From Takakia lepidozioides (Eukaryota > Plantae > Bryophyta): a stretch of DNA of 64,000 bases. Below, piece after piece: positions 40,787 through 54,000 of this stretch (the first letter of the stretch is position 1; each line of letters begins with the position of its first letter). The stretch lies in NCBI GenBank assembly GCA_030704615.1, contig CM060734.1, forward strand, positions 43,648,001-43,712,000. Reading direction: 5' to 3'. The notes beneath the pieces are model-generated. The model had not been told where the DNA came from and searched no databases. It saw nothing but the letters and a program-made list of their open reading frames with translations. Position numbers and translations under genes: made by a program.

Positions 40787-41821
40787 TCATGAAATAGCAG
40801 CCCCCTTCCTTTCTGGTGACCCTGTAGGTTCAACAATCGGACTCTGGACAGGTATGCGTGTCCTTGGAAGTCTGACTTCATTGATACTATTTCGTGACAT
40901 CAGATCTGTCATCTCTGCGAGTACATCATCCTCATCATCATAGAACACGTCTACAAAGTTAGTTCCCGGAGTTCCCATCATAGTTTGGTCGAGTTTTCTA
41001 CTGCACTCACTCTCCGTATGCCCGAGTAGCTTGCAAAAGTTGCATCTCACGCCACACATTTCCGTGGAATGGCCGAACCGGTGACATTTGTCACACTTAG
41101 CTGGGGTTCTTCCTTCAGGACAATATGCAGCTATGTGACCTTCTTTGTGACAAACATTACAAAGGCGAACACGAGGTGGTGTTCTAGATCCCGAGCTTTC
41201 TCCTATGACTGGTCCCCTATCAAAGTACTTCTGTAGGGTAGTGTTCAGCTGATCAAGTCTTCTGTCCACAGGGTTAACAAACACAACTGACTCATCTGTA
41301 TCATCTCCTTCCAATGGCTCTAGAGGTATTTCCCCTAACTTTCCCAGGCCCCTTTCAATCTCAATGGCTGTGTCAAGTGCTTCCTCTACATCAAGGAAGC
41401 GCCTGCCCAGCATTACTCTTGCTATTTCTGGTCTCAAACCTGCTGCAAATCTACGCCTCTGTTCCAAATCAGACGCCCCACTTCTTATAAATAACCGGTT
41501 CAACCTATCGAAGTATGTTTGAACCCTTTGTCTACTCTCCTGTTTAATGGTATCCATTCTTAGCCTAATTTCTGCCAAGTCAACGATACCAAACTTGGCT
41601 GAAATTGCTGCCCTGAAGTCCACCCAGTTGTTTGGTCTAGGGTTTTGTTTACGGTACCATTCATCAGCCTTGGCTCTCAGGTTGAGCCTTGCTACCTTGA
41701 AAGTTTTGTCCTCATTCAAATCCCTGACATCTGCCTCCATCTGAATTCTCTCCAGCCAGTCATTTACATCCTCACTATTCCTACCATGATAAGGCGCATC
41801 TATGCTGGTTGGACTGGTCAT
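40787..41821 (-). CDS. Gag (A2), 3'-truncated
   Basis: Nearly identical to the A1 gag. Confidence 0.9.
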   Translation of the reverse strand: MTSPTSIDAPYHGRNSEDVNDWLERIQMEADVRDLNEDKTFKVARLNLRAKADEWYRKQNPRPNNWVDFRAAISAKFGIVDLAEIRLRMDTIKQESRQRVQTYFDRLNRLFIRSGASDLEQRRRFAAGLRPEIARVMLGRRFLDVEEALDTAIEIERGLGKLGEIPLEPLEGDDTDESVVFVNPVDRRLDQLNTTLQKYFDRGPVIGESSGSRTPPRVRLCNVCHKEGHIAAYCPEGRTPAKCDKCHRFGHSTEMCGVRCNFCKLLGHTESECSRKLDQTMMGTPGTNFVDVFYDDEDDVLAEMTDLMSRNSINEVRLPRTRIPVQSPIVEPTGSPERKGAAIS

Positions 41822-42261
41822 CCTTCTATTCTCTAGTCAAAGTTCAAACTGTTTCAACACCTAATTCTGACTCTAATTTTCCCGCAACTCCCTTAATGTT
41901 GACATCTATACCACTCCCATTGTCCATTTCGCAACATCTCTACTCTACCTCCCCATGTCACCTCTCGTACCATGGTATTTATCTTCGCCCACCTTCCTAA
42001 CTCTCTTATCCAAAGTGCTATGGTTGTTCTTCCACCAGTATGTATCACTCTAAGACATAAATCACCATTCGCTATTCTCCAAGCAGGGTTGAAGAAGTAC
42101 AAACAAGGGTCTGCGTGTGCATTTGGTGTGCGTCTGCTGAAGCAAATCAGCACATCTCCAATGCTTGGTTCATCAGGAATCAGTGTGTGGTCTCTTCCTG
42201 CCATCAAACCATCCAATACTAGTCAAGATCCCTAGCTAGTAGAAATCAAGATTTAACATCA

Positions 42262-42273
42262 GCTCTGATACCA
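42262..42273 (-). other. PBS of A2, tRNA-iMet
   Basis: Reverse complement of TGGTATCAGAGC. Confidence 0.95.
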
Positions 42274-44658
42274 AAAGAAGGGGCGTGAATCCCCTTCTGT
42301 GCAAGTCTAGTTGTGCTCCTCCCCAGGTCAATCGGAGGGAAGGAAAGGAGCTCTCCTCTCAGTGATCCAACCATCGTCACTCGGTGTGGGTTTCCTTCAG
42401 GTCCTTCATGATCAGAGTTCACACAATCCTCATCCACGCCGCAACGGAAGAGAAGACATGGATGGGGAGTCTGTATTGTTTTCACCCGTGGTTCTACTTC
42501 TACACGACATCCTCTCCCTGGTACACTGCACCAGCCATGTTACCATGCTGTCTTCAGTGATGCAACCAGCCCTACGTCAGTGATGACCACTGCCCTTGTG
42601 GGCAGCTCCCTTGGTCAGCAACACGTGGAAGCCCCTTTGTAATAAGATCACGATTTAGAAGGAGGCAACTCAGATCTGCCATGAGTTGCAGGCCCAACAG
42701 TTTGGCCCTTCATGGGTTCATGCTTCTTTATCTTACCTCCCCAATCATCCATTCCTCACCATCCCCTCTTGCTGGTCAGCTCTCTCCCTTATGTCCTTTT
42801 CTCTCTCCCTCTCTCTTTCTTTCAGGGTGAGTAGGTTCCTCACTCTTTCCACTGTAGCATGTCTATGATGCAATGCAATGCGCATTCAGCCAAGCATCCA
42901 GTGCACCCAGCATTGGAATCAACCTTGGTCACACAAGATATAATCAGCCCTTTTATCAGTCCCTCTCTTGCCAATGACAAATGCTTCACACTCCACTTTT
43001 CCCAGGTGTAGCCATTTGCCCAAGACAGCTCTCAACCCTTCTACAGGTCTCAATTTACACACCCTGACAGCTCTCTTTTTCCCATCAACTGTGAACCTCA
43101 GTGGTTCACATGCTGAGAGCACTCTGAGAATCAGATCCAAACCCAAACAGATGTTGGTTTTTCTGCCCCATCCACATCATCCCTTCTTGTTGTTTCCAAA
43201 CAGTTCTATCTAACCCTCACTGGTTTCCTCTACCTACTAAGCTAGTTCCACATTGACTGCAATGTGTCAACATCCCAGGCTAGATTGTTTGTACAACCTC
43301 ATGACGCTGAAACAAAGAACAAGAATACAACAACAACAACCATTCTGTCCCAGCAACGAGTCAACCCTGTTTCCATTCATTTTTCCTACTGTACAATGTA
43401 ACAGCAGGTGCATCCATCTCCAGTCCATCCTGGTTTGAAGTCCAGTGTCTTCATTCCATTTCCAAAGCTATTTTTCTTCCTCACATGTCAGTGTCTCTTA
43501 CTACATACAAGAGACAGTCCAAACTTCACAAAGCGATTTCTAAGTCACCAAAAGGGGGGGGGGTACCACTCTTCGAACTTATCTGTCTTATACTCATTGA
43601 AGCGGTGGGTCTGCCTGTCAAGAAGGCACCTTGTCATCTCCCTCGTCAGCCATTTCCGACGTTTCTTCTTATCGTGATTCCAGTCCTCATTAAGGCATGA
43701 CGGCTCTGCTTCAGCTGCTGGCACATCCTTGTGCCTGCCAACCTCTACCCTATCCTTCTACATGTGCATTTCTTCCCTATGAAGTGATCTGGTCCTACAG
43801 CCTTTAAGACAGAGAGTAGATACAAAACTTAATTATAGATAGCTTAAGCACCATACACATCAGAAGGCGGCACCGCTTCCTCTTGCACAGAATGCCAAGC
43901 CAGATCCCTTAACGTTGCTCTTTAAGACAAGCTGATTCCCTTTGCGCAGGTGGAACTTCCTAAGATATGCTGTACTGCCAACACCACTGCAGCAGCTGCG
44001 AAAAGATGCTTACTCTCTTCCCTTACAAAGTGATCTGGTCCTAAAGCTCAAAAACAGACAGCAGCTACAAGATTTGATCACGGACAACCTGAGGCGCTAT
44101 ACACACCAGCCTGCATTTCTCATACCCCAACACCTGCTGAGCCGCTCCATCTCCTCATTAATGTGCTCATCAAGACAATGGCGACAGCAGTGGTGCACCG
44201 CCCTTATCACAAACCTGATCCCTCAGGTTTGATCATTGCTTACGAAGAAGGCGGCACCGCTTCTTCTTGCACAGAAAGCCAAGCAGGAGCTCTTAACGTT
44301 TCTCTTAAAAGCAAGCTGATACCCTTTGCGTAGGTGGAACTTTCTCAGATATCCTGTGCTGCCAACACCACTGCAGCAGCTGCGAAAAGATACACGCACT
44401 CTTTCCCTTCGAATTTCACATCCTGCTTCTAGGGTTCAACATCATGGATGAAAATCATTCATCCTAGGGATGAAAAAGGTGCATGTCATAACTTAGCCAT
44501 ATTTTGTTCTTGGCAGATCAATAGCATAGTCTTTCCATGGAATTACCTCAAGTTATGGACAATTCCTCCCCTTCATTAGCACGAAGGGCATTCCCTTTGT
44601 AGTAGTGCCGAAACCTGATGCCAAACGAAAACTTGAATTTTTACCCCCTGCATTCACA
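42274..44658 (-). repeat. 5' LTR of A2 (about 2.4 kb)
   Basis: Matches 22126-24251; starts TGTGAATG on minus; contains a roughly 150-bp internal duplication (43861-44010, 44245-44392). Confidence 0.88.
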
Positions 44659-46451
44659 CTACAGAGCAAGCCAAATTCATTGTGGACCTCAAAGATACAA
44701 TATGTCACAATGAGGGTGCTTTACAGCAATACAAACAGGTTGAGGCTAACCAGGAGAAGTACATTGTGGAGTTACAACAGACCCTTATGGCGAATAGGAA
44801 TCAACTCTCTGTAGCTAACAAGGCAGCGAGGGAAGCCAATAATCTGGCTGCAGCTTATGCCAATTTAGTTGAACCTCATGAGAAGCGCATGCAAGGATTG
44901 CAACAGCAGTTAGATTCCTCCAGACTCAAGGAGGAGCAGAGTCTCAGAGGTGTTACACAGGACAGAGTGGATGACCAACTTTTAAAAGTATGGTTAGCAC
45001 AAGGGCCAGTGGAAGGGAAAGCACCGAGAAAGCTCACCCAGGGGGAGATGAATGACCTGAGGCTGCAAGTGCAGAATATTGCCACCACTACTATAGACAA
45101 TGTCTATAGTAGAATAGGAGAGCTCCAAGAGGATGTGGATACACTGCAGACTCAAGTGGAGGACTTGAGTTCAAACATAGACCAAAGGCTCATGGTTCCT
45201 AAAGAACATCTCATGGAGGCGTATTTGAGGGCCAGAACTCTAGTTTTCCAGTCTTCTTCACAAGAAGTGAAGGGGATGCTAGTGGTGGAAACACCAATAG
45301 AACCAGTTTCACAGCAGGTGGCTATACAGGTTACTGAATCTCCTATGACAGCAGTTGCACGACCTGAGGTATGGGGAAATGCTGCTTTCAACCCACCCAA
45401 GACTCATGCTGCACGGGAATACAACCGAGCAATGATCATGCCCTTCAATGAAATTCCAGATAGCTTGGATTTGGCTTGGAATCAATTTGGTCCTCCACAA
45501 TCCTTTCCACACTACTACCAAATAATGCGCATTTGGTTGCCAGTGGCCACTCGGACTAAGATTCTGGCAATGAATCAGCTCATTGAGGATCATCATTTTT
45601 CAAGGTACTGGTCTGAGGCAGGCACCATGTTGAAGGAGTTAATTGCTTTCCAGGTTGTTCATGGGCACATTCACACCAAAACAAAGGAAGTAGCGAGTTT
45701 GGTCATGGGCTGTGGAATTTATTATACTGCTTGTTTCATTGCACGTTACCACATTGAGCTGCAGAAGATGCAGTCCAGATTTCTGACTTATTCCACTACA
45801 GATCATTGGACCTTACCGGTGGTGCCGCATCATACGTATTTATATGATGTGAAAATCATGTTACAGAGGGATTCACAACTCCGTTCACGGTTTAACATGG
45901 CCTGGAACAACTTGAGCAACGAAAAATGACATATTGACGACATTTTTAATAAGGAGCAGACAGCTTGGCAATACCTATACTGCTCCAAAGTTACTGGCAC
46001 ACCTCTCACCTATACTGAGAAGGAATTGTTGAAGTTCAATAAACTTGCTTTCAACAGGTTACACAACGTTGTGAAGCTTAAGGTTCCTGACATGGTGGGG
46101 CCACACTGTATGCCAATTTTCATTCCAGAGAAACCAAGAAAGGCAAGAAAACCAAAAAACTGTAGGACTGAAACAGATTCGGACACAACATTGAATCTTC
46201 AGAACAAACTCTTGACATATGGGAGGAATATGATCAAGCACTGCACGACAAGAAACGACGGGGATCTCCCACACCAGAGCCATTACAGCTGGTTCAGTCA
46301 AAGGGCAACAAATCAAATTCAAGTACAGCTCAAGCATCTCCAACAAGCAGTCATAGAACTCGGGCACGTACAGAGAGCCCTCCAAGGCACTCTCACAAAT
46401 AGACAGGACCACGTTCACAAAGATTTATTGATCCTAAGCAGTAAACCGTGA
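44659..46451 (+). pseudogene. B1 extra 3' ORF, part 2
   Basis: Continues ...EVVEL into QSKPN after A2 is removed; 415-aa open segment 44682-45929 with coiled-coil N-terminus. Confidence 0.7.
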
Positions 46452-46465
46452 GGACACGGCTTTTT

Positions 46466-46479
46466 GAGAGGGGAAGGGG
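46466..46479 (+). other. PPT of B1
   Basis: GAGAGGGGAAGGGG before the LTR. Confidence 0.9.
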
Positions 46480-46482
46480 TAA

Positions 46483-47307
46483 TGTTAGGAGGCAGTCTGG
46501 GACTTAGGCATTTTTTTATGGGTTCTGTGGAATCTGGGACTTAAACACTTCTATGGGTTCTGAGGGGTACCCTTAATTTTTTGAGATAGCCCGTCACAGC
46601 CAGTCACAGCCCGACACAACCCGATACAGCCGTCACAGTCTGACACAGTCGCACAGTCAGTCAGAGCTGTCACAGTCGCACAGTCAGTCACAGCTGTCAC
46701 AGTCGTAGGGAACGGTTATCATGACAGGGAACGACTGTGGGGAACAACATCTGCCGGAACATGTAATTCACGGAGGACGGTTAGTGAAGGAAAACGGTTA
46801 GAACAGCGGGTAAGGAGATAAAGCGGGCAACGGAGACGGGATGGGATCACTTTTTGGAATGGAGATCACTCCTGGGGGCGGACTGAGATCGGAGGAAGGG
46901 AAGCTGGCGAAGGGGAAGGAGATACTATAGGACAGAGTTAGTACAAGATGTAGGATAACTTAGAGGGATAGATTAGAGAAGTTAGGACATCAGCATGTAT
47001 CCGATTATGATTAATCTGATTCTCATCCGATACAAACACCTTGTGTTGAGAGACTTGAGTGAAGCTGTGTATGAATGAAATCAGAGGGCCCAAAGAAGAA
47101 ATCTGACACTTAAAAAGATACCTGGTCAAGATAAACAGGGAATATAAACTGATAAGGAATGTAATTGGAAAACCAACAATGATTCACTAGCTGCAGGTCA
47201 TGACTAATTGTTTCACGCGGGCTGAATGCTTAGAGATATCCAACTCTTCTATCTTGGAGTTTCCCCCTCGGATAGCGAAGGGATGGGTGAGTAAAAGCCG
47301 CGCGACA
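46483..47307 (+). repeat. 3' LTR of B1
   Basis: Direct repeat of 12137-12935 plus a small tandem duplication. Confidence 0.95.
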
Positions 47308-47312
47308 GCACC

Positions 47313-47661
47313 CCACGCTATGGGGACTCCACCCCACAACAACCTACACTCCCATCATAAGCACACTCAGATCTAAACGCATGAAGGAGCTCGGTCGCGC
47401 AGGCTCAACTCGAGAGAGATGAGCTGCGCGACTGCCGCTCTCGTGAAGATAAGACGGTTCAGGTGTCAAACTAAACTTGACACCTGATTTAACACTTGAC
47501 CTAAATCCAAGTGTTAAATACAAATAACTAGCTTTATTTTAGTTGTTTTCACACTGTGCTTATTTAACTTGACAGCTGTCGTGCGCATACATATCGCTAC
47601 ACAACTACATCGCTGTCCAAACCACACCACACATATATGCACAATAAAGTAGTCTGCCACA
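47313..47661 (-). repeat. C 3' LTR: repeat B (47577-47661), GC, then repeat A part 2 (47313-47574)
   Basis: Starts TGTGGCAG right after the PPT; matches 11953-12037 and 57121-57382. Confidence 0.92.
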
Positions 47662-47673
47662 ATCGCCCCCCTA
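47662..47673 (-). other. PPT of C
   Basis: AGGGGGGCGAT then TGTGG. Confidence 0.75.
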
Positions 47674-47921
47674 GCTGGTGGATAGGTCCCTCTACCTCCA
47701 GATAGCTACAAGATGTAATAGCCACAGCCGTACTAAGTCCTCTATCACTGTCCCTATTGCACTCAAACCCTATAGACCAAGAGGCCGGGTATAAGAGTAG
47801 CCCCATCGTTAGTCGCCGTCTTGCCATCTGTGAACTTGAGCCAGGACCTCGTGTGTTCAAGGTCTCCTAGTAGCTGGGCCTTGCGTTTCTTGTTAGCCTT
47901 CCATGGTTGTATCCACTCCCA

Positions 47922-48004
47922 CTATCCAATGCAATGTGGACATAACCAATCCCCATCCGGAACCATCTCAAGAGGTGGAGTCAAGCATCCCATATGCCAA
48001 CACA
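47922..48004 (-). pseudogene. C-terminal half of the PHD finger of C
   Basis: CWHMGCLTPPLEMVPDGDWLCPHC then stop. Confidence 0.9.
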
Positions 48005-51000
48005 GTTGCAGTGTGGGCATTGTGGCAAGTATGGGCATGGAGATGCCCAGTGTTATGACTTGCATCCTGAGTTGCGCCCAGGCCAGTTCCAAGGGAACAA
48101 TGGTGGCCGGGGGCGAGGTGGACCAGCCCAGAGAGGACGAGGTGGTCGGGCACGAGGTGCAGGCCAAGGGCAAGCTCAACATGGCCAAGGACGCGGAGGT
48201 CAGGGTGTTGACCAAGGCATGGCCAACCGGCTTCAGCAGCTAGAGCAAAGGCTCGTTGCCATGGCTACAGCTCAGGTGGTACCGGCTCCCAGGCGGGATG
48301 GTCCACCTCCTGTTCCTGAGGGAGGAGATATGGGAGGCATGGGATTCATGTGCGGAGCAGCACTACCACTAGAGCAGGTGGAGTCTGCTGCAGCCGTGAC
48401 TCGAGTAGCAGCACGAGCTCCTGAGCCACGAGGTGCAGAGGTGGAGTTGGATCCACAACGTGGGGAGGCAAGCCGTCAGCGAGGCTGCCTCAGTCATTCA
48501 CCTTGGCGGAGACAGTGTCAACGCCATCCATGGCACCTAGTTCTCGCCCGACAATTACCGAGGCGGAGGTTTCTATGCCATTGGGGAGAGCTACACGTGC
48601 AGCAGCGACACCTACTGCCAAGGCTAGTGCAGCCGGTGTGTTGTTGGGGGCAGCCACCTCTGTATGTCAAGCCCCACTGTTCTCGGCAACCATGATTGCG
48701 ACGCCGGGGGTAAGACCAGCTGCAGTGTTCAGACTAGCAGCAACACTCTGTGAGAGTGGGGAGGTCACTTCATCTTCTGCGGAGTTACTGGAAGGTGTAG
48801 TGGCAGAGGGATCCTCGGATTTGAGGGTCAAGACTGCCACGGCTGCGCCATGGCAAGCTGCAGCTACCAGGTTGACGGAGCTACCAGCTAGGCCAGCCTT
48901 TGAGCGCGCCATGGTGACACCTGGAGTTGTCTTGTTAGACAACCAGGATGGCATTTTCTCTTTGAGTGGACCGGCAGGCAAGAAGTACCGGCCACTGCGG
49001 GTCTTGTTGGACTCGGGAGCCCAGCCACGGATGTTGGGCAAAGCTACTATTGCAGATTTGGGCCTCATGGAGGCGGATATGGAGCCTTGTCCTTTCCAGA
49101 TACAGACATCTCTGGGAGGATCAGAGCAGGCTCGGGGCATGACATGGCATCAGTTGGCCATTAGACTGCATCCGGATCATCCTGTAGATGGCTCAGTGAT
49201 GCGGGTCAAGGCCATTGTGACAGACGCGGTCTCTTACGATGTCCTCGTTGGTGGGGCAGTGTTATATCCCATGGGCTTCACCCTGGACTTTTGGGAGGAG
49301 TCAGCATCCTACAGGCCTGGATGGCAGTCAGGGGATGGTCGTCGTGCACAGCTCCATGTGACATTCATTGGGGGTATTGCGGCTGCCCAACGGGGCAAGA
49401 TGCCAACACTAGCCGCTTTTACAGCTGCAGTTAGTTGGCCTGGAGAGTTGCTGGAAGACAATGCCCATGCAGAGGATGTGCCACCTCCAGCAGAGCAGGA
49501 TGACATGCATGGTATGGCGGAGTTGCCTGCCATGGTTGCTCACACTCCATTGTGGGGTACGAGCAAGGATTTGCAGCAGGTTGCTGATCGACGGGTGCAA
49601 CAAGCCTGGGTAGAGGCTTTTGTACCATCAAGAGAGGAGGAGAGTGCGGGTATTGCACCAGGACCACCTCAGTTGTCACCATGGGATACCACACCTATTG
49701 TGTGGCAGTATCCGGATGAAGGCATTTGCCTTCTAGACTTGTCTGGCGGGATCAGCACCGGATTGGCTGCTGTGCTACAGGCAGGTGTGCGGGTAAGGCG
49801 TTACCTGTATGTGGAGAGGGATGAGACTGCACGACGCGTCTCACTGCGCCATGTGGCTCAGTTGGTACAGCAGTACCCTGACTTGTTGCCTGTGTCTGCA
49901 GTTCGTGGATACCAACAAGCCTTGTCAGCAGACATTTCCTTGTTGGGGGTACAGGATTTGGAGCAGGTTGGCTCCATTGATCTGATAGTGGCAGGTTGGC
50001 CCTGCCAAGGGCATTCATCAGCCGGGCATGGCAATGGATTGCGAGACTCGAGGACGGGTCTGTTTTGGGAGATGATGCGGGTTTTGCGCCACTTGCAGCT
50101 TCATCAAGCTGTATCTCCAACATACATCTTGGAGAATGTGCCACTGATGGGTGATTCTCGGGCCAGGGTGATGGCCAGTGTGCATCAAGTCCGGTCGTGG
50201 CTTGGGTCAGCAGTGTTGCTGGATGCAGCTGCAGTGGGGTCACGGACTCATCGTCCACGGCTTTGGTAGACTAACTTGATGCCACCCGCACTGCTCAAGC
50301 GTGCATTTGATGGGGTGCAGCGGCCAGCACACCTCACCGTGGATGGCATTTTGGACACAGGGAGGCAGTCTCAACGTGTGAGACACGATGACCGTTTGCC
50401 TTTGGCAGTGGTCAACAGGGTGGGTCAACCACGAGCAGCATTACCCACACTGCTCAGCTTCCCAGGATCCCATGCTTTTCGGGATGGTGGACCTGGCCTC
50501 TTGTGGGATAGCCAGTTGCAACAGCTAGTGGAGCCTAATGCCGACGAGCGAGAGCGGGCTATGGGATTTTCCACTGGGACCACGGCGGTGCCTTCTCTTT
50601 CTGAGGCATCACGTCGTCAGGTGTTGGGGCAAGCAATGGATCTCAATTGCTTGACCTGGATTATCAGCTTGGCTATGGCTTAGCAACGTAGAGTGCAGAG
50701 TGCACTTCCCTTGACGATCTCTCTGCCTACCGAGATGGTACAGGCAGCGAGTGGGGGCGAGCCGGTGAGGACCACGGGGTGTAGACATCCATGGCACACG
50801 TGGGAGGTGCTCGAGGTTCAGAGGGAGTTGGCAGCCAAGGCAGCTGTGATGGATGAGGTTGGGGATTCTTCTCGGGATGAGGAGGTTCTCAATGATGAGA
50901 TGATGGGGCAGGATGAGGCCTTGTCATTGACTGAGCAGGAAGGGAGTACTGCTCAAGAGGTTGCAGCATAGCAACCACGGGACGCGTCCTCTATCTCTAA

Positions 51001-54000
51001 GCCCACTGGACTTAACGTTGCAGTTACGGAGGACAATTGGGAGCCTGACATTGGACCCATTGTCACCGGAGGAGAGATACGACATATACGGCGGTTCCTG
51101 AGGGCTTACAGGAATTGCTTTGCCTTCAGTTTGAAGGACTTGGGAGCACTGAAGGGTCAAGAGATCGTATTGAGTTGGCCACTGACACGCCAATCTTTCG
51201 GAGACCCTATAGATACAGTGACATGGAGAGGTCTTTGATTCAGATGAGGACTCAAGATCTCTGGGAGGCAGATTTGGTGGAGCTCTCTGGTGGAGAGTAT
51301 GTTTCAGCCACAGTGATGCCAGCCAAGAAGGATGTCTATGGCAATTGGACGGAGAGACGTATGTGCGGTGATTACCAGCCTGTAAATCGTCAGACCAAGT
51401 CCGATAGGTATGCCATGCCGACACCAGAGGAGATCTTTGATGCCATTGGGCATTCCAAGGTCTTTAGCACGTTGGATTTACGATTCGGATATCACCAGTT
51501 GCCGATCAAGGAGGCGGATAAGCAAAAGACGGCATTCTGGGGGATCAATGAGCACGGGAAGGATTGCCTATACCAGTGGCGGTTCTTACCATTTGGGCTT
51601 AAAAACGTTCCTGCTGAGTTTCAAAGAGTCATGGACAGGATTCTAGCAGGGGTGGAGTTTGCTCGGTGCTACATAGATGACATCATCATCTTTAGTGCTA
51701 CGATGGAGGAGCATGAGAGACACCTTCAGGGGGTATTTGAGCACTTGAGAACGCACGGATTGAAGTTACATCCGGGCAAGTGCAAGTTTTTCCACAACCA
51801 GATTGAGTATCTGGGTCACATGATATATCCTGGAGGATTGGGGGTACAGCAGACTAAGGTAGTGTCCATTGCACAGGTTCCACGCCCCACGGATGTGAGC
51901 CGAGTTTGAGCTTTCATGGGGTTAGCAAACTATTACAGACGGTTTGTTAAGGGATTTAGTGCCATTGCAAAGGCTCTAACCAAGCTGACCAAGGTGGACC
52001 AGGAGTAGCAGTGGGAAGATGAGCAAGAACAAGCTTTTCAAGAGCTCAAGGCGAGGCTGACCTCGGCGCCCATCTTGAGACGACCTATCAGGGGGCGTCC
52101 TTTTCAGCTGCATACAGATTGGAGCATGCTGGGGCTTAGAGCGGTGCTCACACAGGTGGATGATGAGGGAAGCGAGTTCGTAGTGGCTTATGCTAGCTGC
52201 TCGAACAATGCTGCAAAGTCTAAGTATAGCTCATATGAGGGAGAATGCTTAGCTGCAGTGTGGGCCGTGGCACACTTCAGGTGCTATCTATACGGTAATC
52301 TCTTCACCCTTGTCACGGATCACCAACCACTCAAGTGGTTCATGGAGTCAGACAAGCTTACGGGGAAGCTTGCACGGTGGGCACTCATCCTTCAAGAGTA
52401 TGACTTTCAGGTGGTGCATCGACCGGGTTTGGTCAATCGCAATGCAGATGGGTTGAGTCGCAATCAATGCACGAGCCAGCAGGATGACACTGGAGCTCAG
52501 TGGCATGGTGAGACGGACAAGGAGATGGTGCCCGGATGGCATGCATCTGCATTTCTGTGTATCTTGGCAGCGGAAGGCCAGGTTGGACCAGCAACAGGGA
52601 TGACTGTAGATCAAGTGTCTGAGGACCCTGAGGCCAGCAATGAGCAAGGTGGCGCCAAAGATATACATGAGGATTTAGTTGTGTTGGACTACCTCCGCAC
52701 TGGAGACACTACAGCCACTGTGACTGCCAAGGAGAGGGATCAGATCCTACAACGAGCCAAGAGGTTCAAGTGGGAGGGGACACACCTGCTCCGAGTGTGG
52801 GAGGATGGTTGAGTGAGGATTGTGCCTCACCCAACACAGCGGGCACGGTTACTGCTGCGTGCCCACGAGGAGTTGGGGCATTTTGGGGTGCAACGCACCC
52901 ATAGCCTACTGCAGGGGCAGTATTGGTGGCGTGGTATGCACACAAAGGTGCAACAATTTGTGGCTAGGTGCATGGTGTGTGACAGGGTGCGTGCTTCATT
53001 CAACGCCCCTACTCCACAATTGCACCCTCTTCCGATCATGGGATTGGGCTACAGGTGGAGTCTTGACTTCGCAGGGCCGTTGCACTGACCATGCGTCACA
53101 ACAAGTACGTGTTGGTGATGGTGGAGCACTTCTCCAAATGGATTGAGTTGGTTCCATTGCCTGATAAGGCTAGTGAGGGAGCTGCGTCTGCATCTTGGAT
53201 TGTGTGCTTAGCCGATTCGGTGCTCCAGCTGAGGTACTCACGGACCAAGGGAGAGAGTTATTGGGGGAGTTTCAGGCTTTGTGTGACAAGGCCTTGATAG
53301 ACCACCGCACCACTTCTCGGGATCATCCTGAGGCCGATGGCTTGGCAGAGAGAGTTGTTCAGACAGTAAAGAGGGGTTTGCGCAAGTATGGCTTGCAGAA
53401 GGGACACCTAGGAGATTGGGACCTTCAATTACCCTGGTTAGCCATGGGCTACAGGTTCAGCAAGCAAGCATCACTTGCCTCCTTCTCACCATACTTTCTT
53501 CTCTTTGGCCGAGAGCCGGATTTGCCTACATCCATTTGCAGAGAAGCTGCTACAGTTCTTAATCTTGACGATCCGGACGTGTGGGCACGTGCATGTGAGC
53601 AGCGTGCAGAGTTGTTCAAGAAAGTCATGCCCATGGCTTTCGAGAACCTTGCCATTGCACAACACCGTGATACGTTGAGGTATGCTACTATACGTGGTGG
53701 GGGCTATCGTCCTGGGGTTCGGAGAGTCAACCCTGGTGACTATGTCTATCTGCAGCAGACTGCTCCTACGACCTTGGATGTGACTGCAGGACGTGTTATT
53801 TTGAGGGTTCGAGAGGTCTTGCCCTCAGGCGTCTTGGTCTTGGAGGGTCGGGATGGCATAACTTGGAAGGACCATGTGCGTAATTGTGCGCCATGTCACC
53901 TTCCGAATGTCGATGGCAGGATAGACCCAAACTTGGCAGTGGTATCTGCAGGTTTGAGGTGCATGTTGTGTGGGTCTGCTAGAGAGGCAGCCACCATGCT

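Larger units (their letters stand above)
22122..44658 (-). mobile_element. Gypsy family A copy A2 (pol deleted)
   Basis: TGTGAA...TTCACA termini, 6-bp TSD CTATAG/CTACAG (22116-22121, 44659-44664), LTR-PBS-gag on minus. Confidence 0.88.
12137..47307 (+). mobile_element. Non-chromovirus Ty3/Gypsy element B1 with extra 5' and 3' ORFs
   Basis: Near-identical LTRs 12137-12935 and 46483-47307, TSD GCACC (12132-12136, 47308-47312; empty site at 57116-57120), PBS, PPT. Confidence 0.95.

Noticed and set aside
11953-47661. Two tandem plus-strand LTRs or a TRIM with an unrelated 9-kb insertion
   Set aside because: The 9-kb segment has no LTRs or TSD of its own, and its PPT and self-complementary PBS abut the repeats exactly on the minus strand
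49724-50680. Host DNMT3/DRM gene or bacterial contamination
   Set aside because: In frame with the retroviral-type protease, intronless, and embedded between PR and RT
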